Origin: a bacterium
GTDB taxonomy: Bacteria > Patescibacteriota > Minisyncoccia > UBA11713 > 2-01-FULL-45-33
DNA length: 54,804 nucleotides
Reading direction: 5' to 3'
Assembly (NCBI GenBank): GCA_030648495.1
Contig: JAUSHV010000045.1
Location: forward strand, 1-54,804
Shown here: positions 8,651-17,415 of the stretch, in pieces
Layout: the number at the start of each line of letters is the position of its first letter
How positions within the stretch are numbered: the stretch's first letter is position 1
The notes under the pieces: generated by a model
Told to the model about the DNA's origin: nothing
The model's input: the letters and a program-made list of their open reading frames with translations, nothing else
The model's database searches: none
Program-made: the position numbers and the translations under genes

Positions 8651-9411
8651 GACGCGAGCCAGCCGCCGTCAACCGTAAATGTCGAACCGGTTACATAACT
8701 CGCCTCGTCTGAAGCAAGAAACACAACCATCGCCGACACTTCTTCCGGCCTGCCTATTCTTTTGAGCGGGACTCTTTGCTCTAAAAATTCCTGCATGTCG
8801 GCTTCAGTAAGCCGGACTTTTCGACTCATCAGAGTATCTATCGCTCCGGGAGCAATAGCATTTACCAGTATTCCAAACGGCGCCCATTCAATGGCAAGAG
8901 CTTCCGTCATCCCGATAACTCCGCCTTTTGAGGCGGTGTAATGAGCGCCTCCATCGAGCCCTATCCCCATCCCGCCGGAAGCAATTGAAGCAATGTTGAT
9001 TATCCGCCCTCCACCCGTTTTTATCATTTCTTTGGCGGCACGCTGTGCGCAAAAAAACTGCCCTTTCAAATTGATATCAATTAAATTGTCCCAATCTTCT
9101 TCGGTTATTTCCACCGCCGGTTTCGGATTATAAATTCCGGCGTTGTTCACCAAAATATCCAGCCTTCCAAATTTTTTTATTACTTCATCAAATACCGAAT
9201 CAATCTCCGCCTTACTGGTAACATCCATCTTAAAACAAACTGCCTCACCGCCTTTTGAAATTATTTCATCTACGACCACGGAGCACCCTTCACCTGTACG
9301 GTCTGTTACCACTACTTTCGCGCCCTGCGACGCCAAAGTCAAAGCATGGGCTCTGCCCATTCCCTGTTTTCCTCCCGTCACCAACACGATTTTATTTTTT
9401 AGGTTAAACAT
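8647..9411 (-). CDS. Short-chain dehydrogenase/reductase (FabG-like)
   Basis: TGGKQGMG, NNAG, YTASKGG, VNAIAPG, VDGG. Confidence 0.93.
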   Translation of the reverse strand: MFNLKNKIVLVTGGKQGMGRAHALTLASQGAKVVVTDRTGEGCSVVVDEIISKGGEAVCFKMDVTSKAEIDSVFDEVIKKFGRLDILVNNAGIYNPKPAVEITEEDWDNLIDINLKGQFFCAQRAAKEMIKTGGGRIINIASIASGGMGIGLDGGAHYTASKGGVIGMTEALAIEWAPFGILVNAIAPGAIDTLMSRKVRLTEADMQEFLEQRVPLKRIGRPEEVSAMVVFLASDEASYVTGSTFTVDGGWLAS

Positions 9412-9446
9412 ATTTATTTCGGTTTCAATTCGCCGTATACCGTTTC

Positions 9447-9818
9447 TTATGCAAAAAAGTTTTTTATCTTCTCTACGATTTCCGCGACAGCATGGTTTGA
9501 TTTAACAAGATAATCGCCGGCTCCCAGCCGAAGACCCTTTTTTATATTTTCATCTTCTCCTAAAAGCGTGAGAATAATGACGGGGATGTTTTTGGTATCC
9601 GGAGATTTTTTCATTTCCTCCAATACTTCAAATCCGTGCTTTTTTGGCAAAATAAGGTCAAGTAATACTAAATCGGGTTTTTTGGACCTTGCCAATTCCA
9701 AACCTGCCTCACCATCAAACGCCTGTGATACGTCAAAACCCGCGTCAACAAGCTCCGCGCGAAGCACTTTAGAAAGCACCTCGTCATCTTCTATTAATGC
9801 TATTTTTATTTTACCCAT
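9447..9818 (-). CDS. Single-domain response regulator
   Basis: IEDD, LLDLILP, ILT, YLVK. Confidence 0.92.
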   Translation of the reverse strand: MGKIKIALIEDDEVLSKVLRAELVDAGFDVSQAFDGEAGLELARSKKPDLVLLDLILPKKHGFEVLEEMKKSPDTKNIPVIILTLLGEDENIKKGLRLGAGDYLVKSNHAVAEIVEKIKNFFA

Positions 9819-10185
9819 TTAATTTTTCCTGAACTATTTTGACAATATCTTCAACTTTATAATCTGATTTTATAATATATTCATACACGCCGGCCTCAAC
9901 GGCGTCGGCCACCGGCGTTACTTTATCTAGCGCCGTAAGAATAATAATCGGGATATTTTTTGTTTCCGGATCAGCTTTCAGCTTTTTAGCCACAGTGATT
10001 CCGTCCATTTTTGGCATTAAAATATCCAAAAGAACAAGCGCCGGCTTCTTTGCAATAACCATGGCAAGCCCCTCTTCCCCGTCAAAAGCTCTTTCCACCA
10101 AAAACCCCGCGTCTTTTAATCCGCTATAAAGAGCATCTGATAAAATTTTGTCATCTTCTATTAAAGCTATTGTTGCGCTACTCAT
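9811..10185 (-). CDS. Single-domain response regulator
   Basis: IEDD, LLDILMP, ILT, YIIK. Confidence 0.92.
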   Translation of the reverse strand: MSSATIALIEDDKILSDALYSGLKDAGFLVERAFDGEEGLAMVIAKKPALVLLDILMPKMDGITVAKKLKADPETKNIPIIILTALDKVTPVADAVEAGVYEYIIKSDYKVEDIVKIVQEKLNG

Positions 10186-10206
10186 ATGAATTAATGATAC
10201 TCCAAT

Positions 10207-11550
10207 TTATTCTCGTTGCAAAACCAATCCTTTTTCTCCGGCGCGGGGCTTTGTCGTGAGAGGAAGCTCGATAAAGAAAGCTGTGCCCTTCCCTTCTGTT
10301 GACTCAAACCAAATTTTCCCGCCCAAAAGATTTGCCGATTCCCGCACAATATACAATCCAAGCCCCGTGCCGTCCGGCTTTGAAATAACCGCGTTAGACG
10401 CGCGCATGAACTTTGCAAAAATACGCGCTTGCTCTCCTTTGGGTATTCCTATACCCGTATCCCTGACCGTAACAAATACGGAATCTTTCTTTTCTTCCAA
10501 TGATATCTCTACCTTCCCATTTGCGGGAGTGTAGCTAACGGAATTGGAAATAAGATTTTGTATAATATATCCAAATAGATTTTTATCCGTAACCGCAACA
10601 AGTTTTTCTGGATGCTTTGTAAAAACACACGATATCTTTCCCTTATCAAAGAGGGCCTGGTATTCGCGGATATAACCATTGATTAGCAGAACCAAATCTA
10701 AAGGCTCCGGCTGTATGACAACGCTGCCGGATTCAATGCGCGATACATTAAGCAAAAGTTTAATGAGCACGGAGAGCCGCTTCGCGGACAAATAAATATC
10801 ATTTAGGTATTCCGTGCCTTCCTTGGTTAATTTTTCTTTTTTTAAAAAAAGTTCAATAGTCCACTCAATGCCCGTGAGCGGCGTGCTGAGTTGATGCGAA
10901 GCAAGCGAAACAAATTCGCTTTTCGCGCGGTCCATTTCCTTTTCTTTAGTCATATCGGTAAATACGGCAACGCTTTCAACAAAGTTACCGTCTTCATCAA
11001 ATCTCGGGCTTGGCGAAGTTATCGTATCAATTTTCGACCCGTCCTTGCGCAACCAGGCAATTTCATAGCTTTTATGTTCTCCTTTTTTCCTTTTTTGCAT
11101 TTGCTCATGCAAAATTTTCCTATTTTCCTCATCAAACACCATTTCCGTTGGCTTGCCAAGCAACTCCTCTAAAGTATAGCCGAGCATTTCACAGCCGCGC
11201 CTGTTCATAAAAGTGATTGTTCCGTTTTTATCTTGTACTCCCAACCCCTCCTCCATTACTCCAACCAGATTGCGATACTTCTCCTCAGATTGTTTGATGA
11301 TTTTCTCTTCAGTCCAAATATCCTCCAAAACATTAAGGACAGCTATCTTCGTATTTTCCAAATCCTTTGTTTTTTCTTTGAGCGCAAAATTAGCTCCCTC
11401 CAACTTCTTGTAGAATTCTTTAAGAGTCTTCGCCGTCGTCGCCAACTTACGCCTGATACTTTCCTTCTCCTTCGCCGTCACTACCAGCTTTTTGACTTTG
11501 AGCTTGAGTGTTACATTCTTCGCTGCGGAAATATTCTTTTTTTTATCCAT
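10207..11550 (-). CDS. Cytoplasmic coiled-coil/PAS histidine kinase
   Basis: PAS (MNRRGCEMLGY), SHQLSTPL H-box, NLISNS, DTGIGI, GTGLGL. Confidence 0.93.
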   Translation of the reverse strand: MDKKKNISAAKNVTLKLKVKKLVVTAKEKESIRRKLATTAKTLKEFYKKLEGANFALKEKTKDLENTKIAVLNVLEDIWTEEKIIKQSEEKYRNLVGVMEEGLGVQDKNGTITFMNRRGCEMLGYTLEELLGKPTEMVFDEENRKILHEQMQKRKKGEHKSYEIAWLRKDGSKIDTITSPSPRFDEDGNFVESVAVFTDMTKEKEMDRAKSEFVSLASHQLSTPLTGIEWTIELFLKKEKLTKEGTEYLNDIYLSAKRLSVLIKLLLNVSRIESGSVVIQPEPLDLVLLINGYIREYQALFDKGKISCVFTKHPEKLVAVTDKNLFGYIIQNLISNSVSYTPANGKVEISLEEKKDSVFVTVRDTGIGIPKGEQARIFAKFMRASNAVISKPDGTGLGLYIVRESANLLGGKIWFESTEGKGTAFFIELPLTTKPRAGEKGLVLQRE

Positions 11551-11557
11551 CTTTGGC

Positions 11558-12082
11558 CTATTTTTTCAAGTCTTCGATTTCTTTTTTGAGTTCTACCATT
11601 TTTAATTCCCTCCCTATCATGGTTTTATTCAACAATTCCAACTCTTCGGTCCGGGCTTTTAGTTGCTCCTGAGCGCGTTTTAAATCGTTAACTTCTCCCA
11701 CTTTTTCGATATCACGAAAGACGCGTTTTACCGACAGCGCGAGACGAGTGAGATTATTCTTTAATATGTAATCGGACGCTCCACTTTCTATAATCATAAT
11801 TGCCTCTTCATCCTTCATTGCTCCGGTAACAAGAATTACGGGGCAACCGGGACACTTCTTTTTGACGATTCCGAGGGCCGAAAGACCGTCAAATCCGGGG
11901 AGTTTATAGTCCGAGAGAATTATGTCCGGCTTAAAAGTATCCAACGAGTCTGAAAAATCTTCTCTCGCCATAACAACCTTTGAGACGAATTTTAAACCGC
12001 CTTTCCGCAATTCGCGTTCCATCAATTCCGCGTCAGCCGGCTCATCTTCCAATATTAAAATTTTATATTCTTTAGCATCCAT
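11558..12082 (-). CDS. Response regulator with C-terminal coiled coil
   Basis: ILED, LSDYKLPGFDG, SDYILK, then MIGRELKMVELKKEI. Confidence 0.9.
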   Translation of the reverse strand: MDAKEYKILILEDEPADAELMERELRKGGLKFVSKVVMAREDFSDSLDTFKPDIILSDYKLPGFDGLSALGIVKKKCPGCPVILVTGAMKDEEAIMIIESGASDYILKNNLTRLALSVKRVFRDIEKVGEVNDLKRAQEQLKARTEELELLNKTMIGRELKMVELKKEIEDLKK

Positions 12083-12090
12083 TGAATTTA

Positions 12091-12555
12091 TCAGTCATCT
12101 GTGTGCGTAGACTTGTTCAAAACCATCCAATACAGACCGACTTGGGAAATGGCCGCGGCAAAATCATCAAATTTAATGGGCTTAATGACATAACTATTTA
12201 CCCCAAACTTGTAACTTTCTTTAAGGTCCACATTCTCCTTGGATGACGTTATTACGACAATCGGAATCTCTTTAGTGCGCTCATCAGCCTTCACCTTTTG
12301 CAAAACCTCCAGGCCGCTTACTTTGGGAAGTTTCAAGTCAAGCAGAATAACTTTTGGGTTTTTAGAACTAGCTGTCCGTTCAGCATATTTACCTGTGCCA
12401 AAAATAAATTCAAGCGCTTCTTCTCCGTCTTTGACTACATAAACTTGGTTGCCAAAATTATACTTCTTGAGCGTTCGCAGTATTAGCTCGACATCATTGG
12501 GATCATCTTCAACCAGCAATATATCGACCTCTTTAAAATTTGTATTTCTTTCCAT
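12091..12555 (-). CDS. Rcp1-like single-domain response regulator
   Basis: [39 protein letters not shown]. Confidence 0.92.
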   Translation of the reverse strand: MERNTNFKEVDILLVEDDPNDVELILRTLKKYNFGNQVYVVKDGEEALEFIFGTGKYAERTASSKNPKVILLDLKLPKVSGLEVLQKVKADERTKEIPIVVITSSKENVDLKESYKFGVNSYVIKPIKFDDFAAAISQVGLYWMVLNKSTHTDD

Positions 12556-12603
12556 ATTTTTTAATATTTATTAATTTTTAATATTAAATTGATTATATCA
12601 TAC

Positions 12604-13716
12604 TCAATGCACGGCAGGTAATGTAAAATAAAATGTGGCGCCCTCATCAACCTTTCCTTCGGCCCACACCTTTCCATCATGTCTTTCCACAATGCGCTTA
12701 GTAATGGCGAGCCCGACACCGGTCCCCTCGTATGCTCCCCGGGCGTGTAACTGCTGAAAAATCTGAAAAAGCTTACCGACATACTGCATATCAAAACCGA
12801 CGCCGTTGTCTTTTATAGAGTAAACTGCCATGTTATTTTCAGTCTTACATCCTATATCAATTATAGCCTCTTCCCGTAATCTTGTAAATTTGATGGCGTT
12901 GGATAATAGATTCGCCCAAACCTGTCTCATGAGTATCGGGTCCACCTTGGCTCGCGGGAGTACTCCGAAGTTAACCGTTATTTTTCTTTCCGGCACGGAT
13001 TTTTTCAGCTCTTCAAATACTACTTTAGCCATATCACTCATTTCTATTTCTTGAGTTGTCATTGGTTGGCTCCCGGTACGGGAGAGGATGAGCAAATCAT
13101 CAATGAGCTTCTCCATCAAACTGATACTTTGCCCGATGACAGAAATAATCCGCTTTCCCTCATCGTCAAGCTTGGGAGTATACTCTTCAACTAAAATCTT
13201 AGAGAAGCCATCTATTGCCCTAAGCGGTGCCCGCAAGTCGTGAGACACGGAGTAAGTAAATGCTTCCAAATCCTTCCTGGATTTATCTACTTCATTCGCT
13301 ATTTTATTGCGCTTCGTTATATCCCGTATATTGCATTGAATCGTCTTTACCGTACCGACAGAATATACACTACTCACGAACTCAACCTCAATCTCTTGAC
13401 CGTCTTTTGTCAGAAGCGGCAAACTTTCATGCCGAATAGATCCTTTAAATTGCAATTCTTCAAAAAGTACTTTGGCGGATTGAATATCTCTGAAAGTCCC
13501 AATTTCCCAAAACTTTTTCCCTATGATTTCGTCCAGAGAGTATCCAAGCACTCCCAACAAATGGGCATTGGCATCAATAATCTTTTCTGTTTTGAAATCA
13601 ATTAATAATATTCCGTCTTCTGCTGTATCGAAAAGCTTCCTATAGCGCTCTTCGGCAATAGCGATTTTTTTGAAATCTTCTAACTCGCTTTGTTTAACTT
13701 TGTTATTTTTCAACAA
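12604..13716 (-). CDS. PAS histidine kinase (Cph1-type kinase core, no chromophore domain)
   Basis: PAS, FTYSVSHDLRAPLRAI, NLLSNAIKF, DNGVGF, GTGVGLAI. Confidence 0.93.
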   Translation of the reverse strand: MLKNNKVKQSELEDFKKIAIAEERYRKLFDTAEDGILLIDFKTEKIIDANAHLLGVLGYSLDEIIGKKFWEIGTFRDIQSAKVLFEELQFKGSIRHESLPLLTKDGQEIEVEFVSSVYSVGTVKTIQCNIRDITKRNKIANEVDKSRKDLEAFTYSVSHDLRAPLRAIDGFSKILVEEYTPKLDDEGKRIISVIGQSISLMEKLIDDLLILSRTGSQPMTTQEIEMSDMAKVVFEELKKSVPERKITVNFGVLPRAKVDPILMRQVWANLLSNAIKFTRLREEAIIDIGCKTENNMAVYSIKDNGVGFDMQYVGKLFQIFQQLHARGAYEGTGVGLAITKRIVERHDGKVWAEGKVDEGATFYFTLPAVH

Positions 13717-13759
13717 ATTTATCTTCGTCGATTAATAGCTTATTAAAATTCTTTATATT

Positions 13760-14089
13760 TTACCGAAAATGCTTCTTAATGTGCCCCCATGTGCGTTTTG
13801 CTTCCATGGCAAGATTTTTTTCTTCTTGAAGCGAGAGCTGTTTGACTTTAGCAAATTTCTTGGCTCCTTCCTGCACGAATGCGTTAAATTCTTCCTGGCC
13901 CATGCGCTTCAGTTTTTTAACCTGAGGCGAGAGATATCGATAAAATTCTCCCGAAAGTTTTTTGATATTTTTTCCCGCTTTCTTCTCTAGTTTCTTTCCT
14001 GTCTCCGACGCTAGAAACATTCCAGCCGCGACGCCCAAAACCGCCCCGATTAACGCTCCTTCTACAAGTTTCCCTTTATTTTTTTTCAT
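13760..14089 (-). CDS. YtxH-like protein
   Basis: GALIGAVLGVAAGMFLA...GKKL followed by an amphipathic helix. Confidence 0.75.
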   Translation of the reverse strand: MKKNKGKLVEGALIGAVLGVAAGMFLASETGKKLEKKAGKNIKKLSGEFYRYLSPQVKKLKRMGQEEFNAFVQEGAKKFAKVKQLSLQEEKNLAMEAKRTWGHIKKHFR

Positions 14090-14108
14090 ATTATTTTTAT
14101 TTATTTAT

Positions 14109-14369
14109 TTATTTTTTTAAATGACTTCTCCGACCTTTTTCCAAAAAATACGAAAGCACAGGCAAATCCGAAAGCCTGTCTATAATATCATTTATCCTCT
14201 CTCCCGCTTCGCTCGAGGCTTGGTTAAGATTCCGCGAAAGTCCTTCGAGCTCGCGGGTTATATGTATCAAATGGTACGCCACAACCGCACAAAATATCCC
14301 CACGGCAATTATTGCAGTAGACACCGTAATATAAAAAACCGTCTGTGCGAGAATAAGGGCTGTTATCAT
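14109..14369 (-). CDS. Small membrane-anchored coiled-coil protein
   Basis: N-terminal TM plus heptad tail; -10-like CATAAT 6 nt upstream. Confidence 0.65.
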   Translation of the reverse strand: MITALILAQTVFYITVSTAIIAVGIFCAVVAYHLIHITRELEGLSRNLNQASSEAGERINDIIDRLSDLPVLSYFLEKGRRSHLKK

Positions 14370-14399
14370 AGCCTTATTATGTCTCTTTTTTTTGTTTTG

Positions 14400-14749
14400 T
14401 GGAAGTGCCGGGAATCGAACCCGGGTCGGAAAAGTTTGAATTCGGCGGTTGACAAGCTTAGTTGCTCAGCGTTAGCCAAGACTTTTGCCCTTATTCAAAT
14501 GTTAAGGCGGGCTTATTTAACATTGCCTCGCTAATATTACACCCGGATTCTTCTTAGCGAGAATCAAAAGACCGGATGCCTACGCGTTAAGCGTAAGAAG
14601 TGGCAAGCTGCATTGGCGAACCAAAAACAGCAGCTACTTTTTTAAATAAGTTTGCACTTATTGTGTTGTGAAGATAATTTTAAGAGCGAGCTTCACATAC
14701 TCTGCCTGAACGCGTGAAACCGTACTCTTCCTCGAGGCCGATCACTCCC
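14400..14749 (-). ncRNA. ssrA: tmRNA
   Basis: 5' GGGAGTG pairs with 3' CACTTCC-A, giving G3.U alanine identity; T-arm CCGGG-TTCGATT-CCCGG; resume context ATAAGT-GCA; tag ANLFKKVAAVFGSPMQLATSYA* at 14655-14587; lies downstream of smpB. Confidence 0.95.
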
Positions 14750-14778
14750 ATATTGGTAAAACCTAAACCCTTTCCTCC

Positions 14779-14872
14779 GGCGCAACATTTTTTAAGACAC
14801 GGATATTTTCTTGCTAGAAAATTCCTCGTGCTTGCGCCGGTCGCGCTCGCAAGGTCTTCAAAAATATTCGCC
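14779..14872 (-). repeat. ~95-nt multi-stem element, copy B
   Basis: Minus strand GGCGAATATTTTTGAAGACCTTGCGA-GCGCgaccgGCGC-AAGCACGAGGAA-TTTTCTagcaAGAAAA-TATCCGTGTCTTAAAAAATGTTGCGCC. Confidence 0.85.
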
Positions 14873-14949
14873 CTCGGGAAGCGTTATTTTCGGTTTTTTT
14901 ATTTAAACGAGAATAAAAATTTTACTGGCGCTTTCCTAAAGTTGGCGCG

Positions 14950-15042
14950 GGCGCAAACTTTGCAAGACCTTGCGCAGGGCGACGGCCCGAGCAGAGCAAT
15001 CCGCCAGCAGGCGGATATGCGTGTCCTTGCAAATTTTGTGCC
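14950..15042 (+). repeat. ~95-nt multi-stem element, copy A
   Basis: GGCGCAAACTTTGCAAGACCTTGCGCA-GGGCgacgGCCC-GAGCAGAGCAA-TCCGCCagcaGGCGGA-TATGCGTGTCCTTGCAAATTTTGTGCC. Confidence 0.85.
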
Positions 15043-15082
15043 AAGACAACAGAAAGCGCTCGCTAAAATTTTTATTCCCTAT

Positions 15083-15529
15083 TCAAATCTCTTTCAAAGT
15101 TCTCTCAATCTTTCGCTTGTCCTCGCGCTCTTTGATGCGCGCCCGTTCGTCGTATTTTTTGAGCCGCCGCGCGACCGCAATTTCTAGCTTGATTCTGTTA
15201 CCTTTAGTATATACCTTTATTGGCAGTATTGTCAAGCCCTTTTGGGCGACCTTACCAAGCAGGTAATCAATCTCTTTTTTAGTCAGCAAAAGCTTACGTT
15301 CACGCGTGGGATTATATTCTTTCGGGGTGTTTTTTGGCTGATAGGGAGAGATATTCGCGCCGACCAGAAAAAATTCTCCGTGCCTAGGAAAAATATATGT
15401 TCCCTCTAAATTCATGTGGTGAGTTTTTACGGATTTCACCTCCAAACCCAAAAGTGAAATACCGGCTTCATAAGTTTCGAGCATCTCAAATTCGTGCCAC
15501 GCTTTTCTATTTTCCGCTAAAGAAGCCAT
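15083..15529 (-). CDS. smpB: SsrA-binding protein
   Basis: ENRKA, YEAGISLLGLEVKS, RERKLLL, KKYDERARIKERE. Confidence 0.97.
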   Translation of the reverse strand: MASLAENRKAWHEFEMLETYEAGISLLGLEVKSVKTHHMNLEGTYIFPRHGEFFLVGANISPYQPKNTPKEYNPTRERKLLLTKKEIDYLLGKVAQKGLTILPIKVYTKGNRIKLEIAVARRLKKYDERARIKEREDKRKIERTLKEI

Positions 15530-15546
15530 GCCTACATTTTGGCATT

Positions 15547-15575
15547 TTTACAAATACGAATCAATTTGCTAGTAT
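15547..15575 (+). promoter_or_regulatory. Promoter of infC-rpmI-rplT
   Basis: TTTACA-17 nt-TAGTAT with extended TG. Confidence 0.65.
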
Positions 15576-15581
15576 ATTCCT

Positions 15582-16088
15582 ATCCAAAGATTAAGACTCA
15601 ACAATCAAATAACTGCACCGGAAGTACGGGTAATCGGGCCTGAAGGAGAAAATTTCGGGGTTATAAGCATTGCAGAGGCGCTCACCAAGGCGCGGGAGTC
15701 TGGCTTGGATCTCATCGAAATCTCCCCCACCGCAAAGCCGCCGGTAGCCAAAATAATGGATAAAGGAAAATATTTTTACGAACAGGAGAAAAAAAGAAAA
15801 CAGGCCGCGAAAAAACAAAAAGATGTAGAGATAAAAAGTGTGCGAATCGGCATCGGCACCTCGCTCCACGACATGGAACTCAAAGCTAAACAAGCGGATG
15901 AATTTTTGACAGAGGGCAATAAAGCCAAAGTTGACCTGGCTTTAAGAGGCCGCGAAAAATATTTGGACAGAAAATTTCTGGAGGAGCGGATTGAGCGTTT
16001 TTTGGCGATAATCTCACACTCTTTTGACCGGGAAGATGTTAAAAAAGGGCCCAGGGGCCTCTCCTTGATTATTGGACCCAAGAAATGA
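15582..16088 (+). CDS. infC: Translation initiation factor IF-3, non-canonical start (ATC 15582 or ATT 15576)
   Basis: The frame extends upstream of the listed ORF as RLNNQITAPEVRVIG...GLDLIEISPTAKPPVAKIMD; in-frame TAG at 15570. Confidence 0.93.
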   Translation: MQRLRLNNQITAPEVRVIGPEGENFGVISIAEALTKARESGLDLIEISPTAKPPVAKIMDKGKYFYEQEKKRKQAAKKQKDVEIKSVRIGIGTSLHDMELKAKQADEFLTEGNKAKVDLALRGREKYLDRKFLEERIERFLAIISHSFDREDVKKGPRGLSLIIGPKK

Positions 16089-16104
16089 TATAGTCTATTA
16101 ACTT

Positions 16105-16305
16105 ATGAGCAATAAAGCAAAAACCAACAAATCCATACTAAAACGGATGAAAATAACCAAAACCGGCAAAATAATGCGCATGCCCGGGGGTATTAACCAT
16201 TTTCAGGCCAAAGTGAGGCGCTCCAAGCAACTGAGCAAAAAGAGGAACACTTCATTGGGCACGCCCGACAAAGTGCAGCTAAAAACCTATCTTTATCATA
16301 AATAA
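16105..16305 (+). CDS. rpmI: 50S ribosomal protein L35
   Basis: KTNKSILKRMKITKTGKI; synteny. Confidence 0.93.
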   Translation: MSNKAKTNKSILKRMKITKTGKIMRMPGGINHFQAKVRRSKQLSKKRNTSLGTPDKVQLKTYLYHK

Positions 16306-16314
16306 AAAACAAAT

Positions 16315-16665
16315 ATGACACGCGTAAAAAAAGGAAAAATGGCTTTGAAGCGGAGAAAAAACGTCCTTGCACAAACAAAGGGTTTCCGCTGGCAGAGAAA
16401 ATCAAAAGAGCGCGCCGCCAAGGAAGCCTTGCTTCATGCGGGGCACCACGCTTTTCAGGACCGCAGAAAAAAGAAAGGTGGCTTCCGCGCGCTTTGGAAT
16501 ATTAAAATAAATGCGGCCGTACGCGAGCAAGGCTTGTCTTACAGCAAATTTATTAACCAGCTCAAGAAAGCCAATATCACCTTAAACAGAAAAATGCTCT
16601 CTGAGCTCGCCGAACATCATCCCGACATCTTCAAAAAAATAGTAAGTTCAGTTTCGGCGAAATAG
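16315..16665 (+). CDS. rplT: 50S ribosomal protein L20
   Basis: MTRVKKG, FRALWNIKINAA, LNRKMLSELA. Confidence 0.97.
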   Translation: MTRVKKGKMALKRRKNVLAQTKGFRWQRKSKERAAKEALLHAGHHAFQDRRKKKGGFRALWNIKINAAVREQGLSYSKFINQLKKANITLNRKMLSELAEHHPDIFKKIVSSVSAK

Positions 16666-17415
16666 CACCGAGACAAAGAAAAAGAATCCCGCAACAATAA
16701 CGAAAAGCGGACCCGGAGCGAGCCCGAGTATTTTTGCGGCAAAAATCCCCGCAACGGCTCCCAACACGCCCAAAACGGCCGAAAGCCAGATATAGCTTTT
16801 CATACTCCATGCAATGTTTCTCGCGGTCGCGGCAGGAATTATTATAATGGAGCCCATCAACAGCACTCCCGTAAATTTAATGCCCGCGGCAACTCCCAGC
16901 GCGAAGATGGTCAGAAACAAAAGCTCCAAAAAGTGTGGCTTGTATCCGACGGACAAAGAAAGATCCGGCGACATTAAAGTAAGCGCGAATTTTTTATAGA
17001 AAAGAAGCAAAAGGGATATTATTAAAAAAGAGACCGAAGCCGCGATAAAAACATCTGAAATGCCGATTTTGGAAATATCCCCGAAGAGAACTTCCAACAG
17101 CTCTTCCTCGGTTGAAAGCAGCGCCCCCACAGCCAAAGCCAGTGTAAAGACAACACCGACCAATGTTTCCACCGGAAGCTTGGTTCTGTGTTCAACTGCC
17201 CAGATTATCAAAGTCCCCAGAGCAAGAAAAACAAATGCGCCCAAGAACGGATTGAAATTGAAAATAATGCCCAAAGCTATGCCCGGCAAAGCAATGTGTG
17301 AAAGCGCGTCTCCCACCAAAGCCATGCGGCGCAAAAGCGCGAACGAACCTATCATTCCGCCTGCGGCGGCAATGGCTGAAGCCGCAAAAAGCGTGTATAA
17401 AAAATTAGTTTCCAT
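16648..17415 (-). CDS. Zn/Mn ABC transporter permease (ZnuB-like; start METNF)
   Basis: RRMALVGDALSHIALPG, LFGDI, IIPAATA. Confidence 0.92.
   Translation of the reverse strand: METNFLYTLFAASAIAAAGGMIGSFALLRRMALVGDALSHIALPGIALGIIFNFNPFLGAFVFLALGTLIIWAVEHRTKLPVETLVGVVFTLALAVGALLSTEEELLEVLFGDISKIGISDVFIAASVSFLIISLLLLFYKKFALTLMSPDLSLSVGYKPHFLELLFLTIFALGVAAGIKFTGVLLMGSIIIIPAATARNIAWSMKSYIWLSAVLGVLGAVAGIFAAKILGLAPGPLFVIVAGFFFFVSVLFRRN

Noticed and set aside
14779..15042. CRISPR array or integron attC interpretation of the repeats
   Set aside because: Copies are inverted or dispersed, with no regular spacers, no cas or intI genes and no attC core sites.
14714..15266. 157-aa and 98-aa plus-strand ORFs between ssrA and smpB
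   Set aside because: They run through the palindromic elements and overlap ssrA or smpB antisense; the peptide similarity to ComEC only reflects the shared DNA repeat.
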